From a virus (taxonomy: Duplodnaviria > Caudoviricetes): a stretch of 64,000 nt of DNA. Positions 46,391 to 54,040 of the stretch are shown here, in pieces. Location: positions 1,993 to 65,992 of the IMG/VR virus record IMGVR_UViG_3300042997_000575; one strand, given 5' to 3'. Every line of letters begins with the position of its first letter. Position 1 is the first letter of the stretch. The notes beneath the pieces are model-generated. The model was not told the DNA's origin. It did no database searches and was given only the letters and a program-made list of their open reading frames with translations. Made by a program: the position numbers and the translations under genes.

Positions 46391-46810
46391 ATGAATACTA
46401 ATTATTTTTGGTCAGTTTACCAGCTTGATACAGTTCCGAGTCTCGATGGGCTTGTGGATGTGGTTATCACAGTTCACTGGGGTAGAACAGCAGTAGAAGA
46501 AATATCAACAGAAGAAAAATATACAGCCCATGTTTATGGAACAATGGGATGTCAAACTCCTTCAGAGACAGACTTTACAGCCTATCCAGACTTGACATTT
46601 GAGCAAGTATGTGGCTGGCTTGAAAATGGGCTCGACTATGAGGCTATTGATGCAGGACTACAGCAGGATATTGATAATCAAATCAATCCTCCTGTGATTG
46701 TTTTGCCATTACCATGGGTTCCTGAACCAACGACTACCACAACAACCACAATGGCTCCTCCTCCTCCTGAGCCAACAACTACTAGCACAACAACAGAAGC
46801 TCCTATTTAA
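46391..46810 (+). CDS. Tail-associated protein (DUF7936-like) with poly-Thr/Pro C-terminal tail
   Basis: VVITVHW...DFTAYPDLTFEQVCGWL; ends PEPTTTTTTTMAPPPPEPTTTSTTTEAPI. Confidence 0.65.
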   Translation: MNTNYFWSVYQLDTVPSLDGLVDVVITVHWGRTAVEEISTEEKYTAHVYGTMGCQTPSETDFTAYPDLTFEQVCGWLENGLDYEAIDAGLQQDIDNQINPPVIVLPLPWVPEPTTTTTTTMAPPPPEPTTTSTTTEAPI

Positions 46811-46871
46811 TTAGGAGTTTTAAATGTTTTTAGTAATTTTGTGTTTGTTAAACATTTAAATCAACTAAACA

Positions 46872-47267
46872 ATGAAAAAGTATCGTGATCTGTTAGGGTT
46901 AGTACATTATATTAACCAGTCAATAGAACAAGGCAAGACCATAGGTCAAAAGAAATTAGTCAAGATAGGTGACTTATTAAAGCCACATATTGATGCTTAC
47001 AACGACAAGAGAGATTGGATTTTATTATCTAACGCTAGTGTAGATGATGACAAGAATCTTATTGTTGATGAAAAGGGTGGATATAAATATACACCTGAAG
47101 GAGCACACAAGAGAGACAAAGAACTAATGGAATTGTTCATGTCTGACTTTGACTACACTCAAATTCAAATTAACTCACCATCTGAACTTGACCAATATAC
47201 ATTCTTGTATGGATGGGTGAATGGTGTGAATTTTATTATTGAAGAAGAGGAAGAGGTAGAACTTTAA
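46872..47267 (+). CDS. Hypothetical protein (possible fibre assembly chaperone)
   Basis: 131 aa after the fibre genes; TAATTTTG box at 46834. Confidence 0.6.
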   Translation: MKKYRDLLGLVHYINQSIEQGKTIGQKKLVKIGDLLKPHIDAYNDKRDWILLSNASVDDDKNLIVDEKGGYKYTPEGAHKRDKELMELFMSDFDYTQIQINSPSELDQYTFLYGWVNGVNFIIEEEEEVEL

Positions 47268-50103
47268 TTACATCCTCAGCTGTGATACTCCTTTGACATT
47301 CAAATTGTCGAGGAGTATTTTTATTAAATGGGCACCAATCGAAATCCCCTTTATCAAATTTTAACGCAGGGTCGTTCCAACAGCCGTGGCATACATTCTC
47401 GTTAACTACACGTATACAATTGAACTCATGTGCACGTGTAGTAAAGTTACTTATCATCACCACAGGTTTACCAATAGCCCACGCTAACCATGAAATTCCT
47501 GAGCTAAGTCCGATAAAAAACTGACTATGGTAGATAACGCTCATAGTATTCTCAATGTCGATGTCATCTATCTTCTGGCAATGCTCAAATGGGTTATCTT
47601 CTTTACTGACATTCACCACCTTGTAGCCTTTGTTATGCAAGTAAGTTATAACCTCTTGCCATCCATCTCTTGTCCAAAACTTACAGCCTGCTGTTGAGTT
47701 AGTAGCTATCGTCACATACTGCCCATACTTATTCTTACGCTTTCTAAACTTTAAGTTTGGCCTAAGCTCTTCAAACTCTAAGCCTAATATATTAGTGGCC
47801 GCCTCTTGTAGCTTTATCGTATTAGGTAGCACAGGTTCTTTATTCTCATCGTAGTGCCACCCGATATTATACTGAGCATAAATATTATTGACCACCATGC
47901 CAGGCTCGACTAGTTCTATCTCAGGGATGTCAAGTATATGGTTCCAAAATGTGGAGAGTATTACTTTGCAGTTATGTTTCTTTTGAAATGCAAGTGCATA
48001 TGGTGCCCATGCGATGGTGTCGCCTAGTGACTTACTAGCCAAGGTGATGAACACTCTTCTGTTTTCTAATGATAACTTATACTCGTAGACTAATTCATTA
48101 TACTCAAATACTTTAATGGTCCAGTCAGTATAGTACTCCCTATTTAGTCTCACCCATGAGTTAGAGTTAATAGTATTCTCATAATGACATACATTATTCT
48201 CGTCAAAGTATTGCACCTTAAACTTAGAGTTGACAGGCGACTTAATCTCTAGAAATGGTTGCTCAATAAAGTATTTATATATGTGCACATCTTGGTCTTC
48301 TTTTTTATTCTGCAAGATGGTCTTATAGAAGCCCATGTACTCAATTCCAAAATAATAGGTTGAACTTAACTCAGGTATATTATAATTAGCTGTAATAGTA
48401 TTTAGGTCTGTATCAATCGGTTGGATGTATTTATCATATCTTGAGCGATAAACGGGTAAGTTGTGAGCGATAATTGGTAAGCCATAAGATATAGCCTCTC
48501 TAAGAACTAATGGGTTGCACTCCCATGTACTATTGAACATAAATATGTTAGCATGCTTTAAGAACTCGTCCACGTCATCCCTCTCTCCCCACACCTTGAC
48601 ATTACTTGGTAGGTCAGCCATTAAGGGCTCCCAATAATCTTTAAAGTTGCCTGCTTGGTTGCCCACAAAATTAAAATTAAAGTTAGGGTTAGCACGGGCA
48701 ATCTCTATCCCCTCGGCTTGGTTCTTGCCGGGTGTCCATAGTCCCACGTTGACCACATTATTTATGCCCGGAAGTTTCTTTGATTCCTTTTGGTCAATAG
48801 GGTACTCAATGACTTGCTTGTAAGATGGCAGGTGAGCGAAGGTATCAAAGTGGTAAGACGTGCAGAAAGCATACCCATCAGGGTGATATAACTTAGTCTT
48901 AGGATCAAATGAGACATCATGACAAGTCTCAACAATCTTGTAAAGTCTATTAGGTTTATAGAGTTCGCTCATTACATCTGCATCGAACCGCTCGGATGGT
49001 TCGTGAATGTGAATTAAATCTGGTTTGAATTTATTAATTACATCAAACAGCTCCATTTTATTCTCATACAGAGTTGTGAAGTTTGTGCCAACAATATCTT
49101 TTATTTTATTTCTTTGTACCACATAGTCTAGGCTGTAGCAATTGTACTCAACCACATAAGGTGTAATCTTATCCCCTAAAGCCTCTAGCGTTTTTAATAC
49201 AAAGGCAGGCATGCCCCCTGTTGATAGGTGAGGAACTAGGTATAATACTTTATTGGGCCTGATCATTTTTAGCATCTCATCTTTTCTTTTCTCTCCATGG
49301 TAGAATAGTAACTTGTCCTCGCTTGCAGGCACCCTACCCCAATCACCTATCATGTAGTCTTGGCCAGTAAAAATATTATTATGGTCAATCAAGTTGACTA
49401 AATCTAAATTTGCGTTCATATAAATATATGGTAAGCCCTTTTGAATATTATACTTCCATAATAGCACGTTGGCTATGGTCTCCTCATTATAGGCTGCGTA
49501 ATAACTATTGTCAGCCATCACCTGTGGGTGCGTGCACATCTGATACCACTCATCTAAGAAGTCAATGCAGTTTTTATTAGCGACAAAGTAGCCTGTCTGC
49601 CTGTAGCGTTCTCTAACATATTGGTCCACACCAAATAGCTCGCAAGCCGGGTGCTCAAGTGTTGTGCTTAGGTCATCCCTGCTCTCAGCTCCCCCCCTGT
49701 CTCCTACGTGCAAGTAGTCATATATGCCCTCCACAAAATATGGGTGGCTTGACTCATCATCAAACATATTAAATATAGTATGTGCATACTTTGTAGCTAC
49801 AGAGTCTGAGTCAATGTAGGCCACCGTGTAAGCAAATTTGTTTATAGCATCCTTGACAATAAGTGGGCGTTGAATTAAAAGTTTATAGATATTAATATCT
49901 GATCGGTCAATGAATCTATTTTGCTTAGTCTCTGCCACATCGCAGTCCCATCTAATGGTAAAGGTTGCACCCTTAATCTGCCTGTCTGAGTTTAGCATAT
50001 ATACTAGAGTTGGAATGCTAGTATAATAATTTAATGACTCTACACACGCCTCAACAGTATCAGCATATGACTCATTTGCATATAGAACGAATGCTTGCTT
50101 CAT
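47236..50103 (-). CDS. Three-domain glycosyltransferase: GT-A + GT4 + TibC/AAH-type heptosyltransferase
   Basis: N-terminal DxD (YIDSD). Middle HLSTGG...KNQ...ECNPLVLREA GT4. C-terminal beta domain (YYTDWTIKV), SLGDTIAW, FIGLSSGISWLAWA...VVMISNF and CHGC...WCP...FEC four-Cys site. Confidence 0.85.
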   Translation of the reverse strand: MKQAFVLYANESYADTVEACVESLNYYTSIPTLVYMLNSDRQIKGATFTIRWDCDVAETKQNRFIDRSDINIYKLLIQRPLIVKDAINKFAYTVAYIDSDSVATKYAHTIFNMFDDESSHPYFVEGIYDYLHVGDRGGAESRDDLSTTLEHPACELFGVDQYVRERYRQTGYFVANKNCIDFLDEWYQMCTHPQVMADNSYYAAYNEETIANVLLWKYNIQKGLPYIYMNANLDLVNLIDHNNIFTGQDYMIGDWGRVPASEDKLLFYHGEKRKDEMLKMIRPNKVLYLVPHLSTGGMPAFVLKTLEALGDKITPYVVEYNCYSLDYVVQRNKIKDIVGTNFTTLYENKMELFDVINKFKPDLIHIHEPSERFDADVMSELYKPNRLYKIVETCHDVSFDPKTKLYHPDGYAFCTSYHFDTFAHLPSYKQVIEYPIDQKESKKLPGINNVVNVGLWTPGKNQAEGIEIARANPNFNFNFVGNQAGNFKDYWEPLMADLPSNVKVWGERDDVDEFLKHANIFMFNSTWECNPLVLREAISYGLPIIAHNLPVYRSRYDKYIQPIDTDLNTITANYNIPELSSTYYFGIEYMGFYKTILQNKKEDQDVHIYKYFIEQPFLEIKSPVNSKFKVQYFDENNVCHYENTINSNSWVRLNREYYTDWTIKVFEYNELVYEYKLSLENRRVFITLASKSLGDTIAWAPYALAFQKKHNCKVILSTFWNHILDIPEIELVEPGMVVNNIYAQYNIGWHYDENKEPVLPNTIKLQEAATNILGLEFEELRPNLKFRKRKNKYGQYVTIATNSTAGCKFWTRDGWQEVITYLHNKGYKVVNVSKEDNPFEHCQKIDDIDIENTMSVIYHSQFFIGLSSGISWLAWAIGKPVVMISNFTTRAHEFNCIRVVNENVCHGCWNDPALKFDKGDFDWCPFNKNTPRQFECQRSITAEDVIKVLPLPLLQ

Positions 50104-50107
50104 TGAG

Positions 50108-50115
50108 CAAAATTA
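50108..50115 (-). promoter_or_regulatory. Bacteroidota -7 box (TAATTTTG), 4 nt before ATG
   Basis: Minus strand reads TAATTTTG-CTCA-ATG; divergent from gene 50143. Confidence 0.6.
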
Positions 50116-50142
50116 ATTAATATTGCATCAAATACAAATAAA

Positions 50143-50511
50143 ATGACAATAGAAGTTAGTATTGGAGAAGCTCTTGACAAACTGTCGATACTTAGCATTA
50201 AGATGGACAAGATAAAAGACCAAACAAAGCTTGAAAATATTTCCAAAGAATATTTTAGATTGATTCACCCAATAGATGAACGTATGTTGATTGACCCTTT
50301 ATATAAAGCTTTAAAATCAATAAATGAAAAGTTGTGGGATATCGAAGATGATATAAGAGTATGTGAAAGACACGGGGATTTTAATTTAAATTTTATTAGA
50401 TTAGCACGTATGGTTTATCAAAATAATGATAGAAGAGCCGCTCTAAAGAAAGAAATAAACATTAAATACAACTCAGAATTTATGGAAGAAAAATCTTATA
50501 ATAATAATTAG
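50143..50511 (+). CDS. DUF6165-like protein
   Basis: SIGEALDKLSILSIK...NEKLWDIED...LARMVYQNNDRR..LKKEIN...EEKSY. Confidence 0.75.
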   Translation: MTIEVSIGEALDKLSILSIKMDKIKDQTKLENISKEYFRLIHPIDERMLIDPLYKALKSINEKLWDIEDDIRVCERHGDFNLNFIRLARMVYQNNDRRAALKKEINIKYNSEFMEEKSYNNN

Positions 50512-50539
50512 TAATTTTACATACTTTAATAAAATAACA

Positions 50540-50794
50540 ATGGCACAAATAGAAGAAGAAGAATTAACAAGACTAAAAGAAGCAAGTAATTCATTACGTG
50601 AATCTCGCTCAACAATTGCAGACATTGAGATATCAATGCATCGTCTAGAAAGCAAAAAGAAAGCTGTTCTCTTTAATGCAGAACAAGCAGCAGAACAACT
50701 TAATAACATCCAGGAGGAACTTCAACAAAAATATGGCAACATATTAATTGACCTTGCTACCGGAGAAATCAAAGATAACGATGGTAATTCGTAA
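50540..50794 (+). CDS. Coiled-coil hypothetical protein
   Basis: Heptad-rich, ends KYGNILIDLATGEI. Confidence 0.7.
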   Translation: MAQIEEEELTRLKEASNSLRESRSTIADIEISMHRLESKKKAVLFNAEQAAEQLNNIQEELQQKYGNILIDLATGEIKDNDGNS

Positions 50795-50999
50795 ACTATC
50801 TATAGGGAATGACTATAAATCTGCTATGCATTATTTGCAAAGTCAATCCGTGCTAAACGATAACTACATCATTCATTTAATTAAGATTACAGATAGTGGG
50901 TCCTATCAAATCTACATTGAGAAAAACAATGAGATTATTCTTTGGAAAGAGATAGGTGCTCATGTTCCTGTTATAATTGAATACGATATTTCATTTTAA
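50781..50999 (+). CDS. Conserved hypothetical protein
   Basis: MVIRKLSIGNDYKSAMHY; start revised. Confidence 0.65.
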   Translation: MVIRKLSIGNDYKSAMHYLQSQSVLNDNYIIHLIKITDSGSYQIYIEKNNEIILWKEIGAHVPVIIEYDISF

Positions 51000-51001
51000 T
51001 T

Positions 51002-51586
51002 ATGAGGTCACCTCAATACTTTGTCATCAAGTCGAAAGATGGCCATCGATACGATAACGTCCGTAATGGTATAATTATTTCTACATCAAAAGAAGACCAT
51101 TTAGTTACCACTCGTGAGGCTATTATTATTGAAACCCCTATTGGGTATGAAGGCCCTATTGAGAAGGGAGACTTAGTCTTAGTTCACCACAATACATTTA
51201 GACTTTACTTTGACATGCAAGGGCGTGAGAAGTCATCATGGAATTATTTTAAAGATGACATGTTTTTTATCGATGACCCATACGCATACAAAAAACCCGA
51301 TGGTCAATGGAAGGGAATAGGTAGATACGTATTTGTTTCTCCTGTTCCTAACGACCAGTCAGGAATTACGACTACGGATGCAGAGATGCCACTTGTAGGC
51401 ATTATTAGGTTTGGTAATGATGAAATGCTAGATCTAGGATTAAACGAAGGTGACAGGGTTGTATTTGAGCCTGAGTCTGAGTACCCATTCCATGTGGATG
51501 GAGAGAAAGTTTATCGTATGTACACCAAGAATTTGACAATTAAATTAAATGAACAAGATAACGGAATTAAAGAAGAAGATAATTGA
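51002..51586 (+). CDS. Tandem GroES-like (Cpn10-fold) protein
   Basis: Two units: GIIIS...PIGYEGPIEKGDLVLVHH and GITT...GIIRFG...GLNEGDRVVF. Confidence 0.6.
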   Translation: MRSPQYFVIKSKDGHRYDNVRNGIIISTSKEDHLVTTREAIIIETPIGYEGPIEKGDLVLVHHNTFRLYFDMQGREKSSWNYFKDDMFFIDDPYAYKKPDGQWKGIGRYVFVSPVPNDQSGITTTDAEMPLVGIIRFGNDEMLDLGLNEGDRVVFEPESEYPFHVDGEKVYRMYTKNLTIKLNEQDNGIKEEDN

Positions 51587-51830
51587 TTCTGGATACAAGG
51601 CTGTCGAAGAATTAATTAAGGTTGCAGAAGAAAGAATCATTACTCATGCTGATGATGATTTATCTGCCGACAAATTAAAGAATGCTGCTCAAGCAAAAAA
51701 GACAGCTATCATGGATGCTTTTGAAATTCTTAAAAGAGTTGAGGAGGAGAATAACATCATTGAAGGCGTTGTTAACAATCAAGTTAATACCAACCGAGGA
51801 TTCGCTGAGTCTAGAGCTAAGAATAAATGA
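51549..51830 (+). CDS. terS: Terminase small subunit (putative)
   Basis: Helical 93 aa protein immediately upstream of and overlapping the large terminase. Confidence 0.65.
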   Translation: MNKITELKKKIIDSGYKAVEELIKVAEERIITHADDDLSADKLKNAAQAKKTAIMDAFEILKRVEEENNIIEGVVNNQVNTNRGFAESRAKNK

Positions 51831-54040
51831 GTTTACACAGAGTCCTTTCTAATATTGTTCCTGAGAAAATTCTTGCCAAAAAGAATGAGAAGAAACAATG
51901 GGAGTATGGATGGGATCCGGAATATGATATGGTTGTCATATCTAGAGATGGGACTATTGGAGATATCTATGAGATAGCTAATCTAAGAGTTGCTTTACCA
52001 CTAACTCCAAATAAAGTTACGTATAAAGGCAATAAATGGCAACCTGTTGATTTACCAAAAGAACTATCTCGCATCAAGACAATCTTTGATTGGAATAGGC
52101 GTGACAATACTTTTAAGAATCAATGGGTAGACTTTATCGAAGAAGAGTTTGATCGTCGTGAATATGGTTATTGGTTCATTAACAATCAGGTCAAGACTTA
52201 TATCACAGGTAGCCACTACATGTATCTTCAATGGACTAAAACTGACGTTGGTCATCCCGACTTCAGAGAGTCCAATAGAATATTCTTTTTATTTTGGGAA
52301 GCATGTAAAGCTGATGCTAGATGTTTTGGGATGTGCTATCTTAAAAATAGACGTTCAGGATTCTCATTTATGGCATCATCAGAATCTGTCAATATTGCAA
52401 CTTTAGCTAAAGATGCACGTATTGGTATGGTGTCCAAGACAGGACCCGATGCTAAAAAAATGTTTACCGATAAGGTTGTGCCTATTGCCAACAACTACCC
52501 TTTCTTCTTTCAGCCTGTGCGTGATGGTATGACCACACCTAAGACTGAACTTGCGTTCCGTGTCCCTGCATCTAAGATTACACGTAAGAACATGGACCAA
52601 GAACAAGGCGAAGATGTTGATGGACTAGATACATCGATTGACTGGCGTAACACAGCAGACAACTCCTATGATGGAGAGAAGCTACGATTCTTAATTGAGG
52701 ATGAGGCAGCTAAGTTAGAGAAGCCAATGAACATCGAGAACGGATGGCGTATACGTAAGACTTGTCTTCGTCTAGGAGCAAGGATTATTGGTAAGTGTAT
52801 GATGGGCTCAACATCTAATGCTCTTGACAAAGGAGGGGAAAACTACAAGCGATTGTTCGCTGACTCTGATGTAACCAAAAGAAATAAGAATGGTCAGACT
52901 CTATCAGGGCTATACTCATTGTTTATCCCTATGGAATATAACTTTGAAGGATACATCGATGAGTTTGGACACGCAGTATTAGAAACGCCTGAGAAGCCTG
53001 TCCGTTCAGCTGAAGGGACATGGATAATTCAAGGGGTCATTGAGTATTGGAACAATGAGGTTGCCTCATTAAAGTCTAATCCCGATGCACTTAATGAATT
53101 CTATCGTCAATTCCCAAGGACCGAGTCGCATGCTTTTAGAGATGAGACCAAATCGTCAATCTATAACTTAACTAAAATATACCAACAAGTAGACTACAAC
53201 GATGGTATGTTAGAAGATAGAGTCTTGACTCGTGGCTTCTTTCATTGGAAAGATGGCGAGAAAGACGGTGAGGTCATTTGGACTCCTGATAGGAATGGCA
53301 GGTTCTTGGTATCATGGATTCCTGAGATATCTATGCGTAATAACTTTATTTCTAAGAATGGGACTCGTTACCCATTAAATGAACACGTAGGTGCTTTTGG
53401 ATGTGACCCTTATGATATATCAGGTGCGACCTTTGGAGGATCAAACGGTTCATTGCATGGGCTTACTAAGTTTAACATGTCTAACGCTCCATCAAACGCA
53501 TTCTTCTTAGAGTATATTGCTAGACCACAAACAGCTGAGATATTTTTTGAAGAAGTATTGATGGCTTGTGTATTTTATGGAATGCCTATCTTAGCAGAAA
53601 ATAATAAAGCCCGGTTGCTTTACCATTTTAAGAACAGAGGCTATAGAGGATTCTCTATGAATAGACCTGATAAGCATAAGGCTAAATTGTCATTTACAGA
53701 AATAGAGATTGGTGGCATACCGTCTTCAAGTGAAGACATGAAGCAGGCCCATGCGGCAGGTATAGGTACTTACATTGAGAAATATGTAGGGTATGATTTA
53801 GAAGGCATTTATAGAAATCCCGATGAAATTGGCAACATGCCATTTACTAGAACTCTTATGGATTGGTCTAAATTTAATGTAAATGATAGAACAAAGTTTG
53901 ATGCTTCTATCAGCTCAGGGCTTGCGATTATGGCAAACCAAAAACATATTTATTTGCCAGAGAAAAAAGAGTCAAAAATAAGCATTAAATTTGCAAGATA
54001 CGATAACAGCGGTTCAGCGAGTAGACTGAAAATAATATGA
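51827..54040 (+). CDS. terL: Terminase large subunit
   Basis: LKNRRSGFS Walker A, LIEDE Walker B, MGST coupling motif, GCDPYD nuclease aspartate. Confidence 0.92.
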   Translation: MSLHRVLSNIVPEKILAKKNEKKQWEYGWDPEYDMVVISRDGTIGDIYEIANLRVALPLTPNKVTYKGNKWQPVDLPKELSRIKTIFDWNRRDNTFKNQWVDFIEEEFDRREYGYWFINNQVKTYITGSHYMYLQWTKTDVGHPDFRESNRIFFLFWEACKADARCFGMCYLKNRRSGFSFMASSESVNIATLAKDARIGMVSKTGPDAKKMFTDKVVPIANNYPFFFQPVRDGMTTPKTELAFRVPASKITRKNMDQEQGEDVDGLDTSIDWRNTADNSYDGEKLRFLIEDEAAKLEKPMNIENGWRIRKTCLRLGARIIGKCMMGSTSNALDKGGENYKRLFADSDVTKRNKNGQTLSGLYSLFIPMEYNFEGYIDEFGHAVLETPEKPVRSAEGTWIIQGVIEYWNNEVASLKSNPDALNEFYRQFPRTESHAFRDETKSSIYNLTKIYQQVDYNDGMLEDRVLTRGFFHWKDGEKDGEVIWTPDRNGRFLVSWIPEISMRNNFISKNGTRYPLNEHVGAFGCDPYDISGATFGGSNGSLHGLTKFNMSNAPSNAFFLEYIARPQTAEIFFEEVLMACVFYGMPILAENNKARLLYHFKNRGYRGFSMNRPDKHKAKLSFTEIEIGGIPSSSEDMKQAHAAGIGTYIEKYVGYDLEGIYRNPDEIGNMPFTRTLMDWSKFNVNDRTKFDASISSGLAIMANQKHIYLPEKKESKISIKFARYDNSGSASRLKII

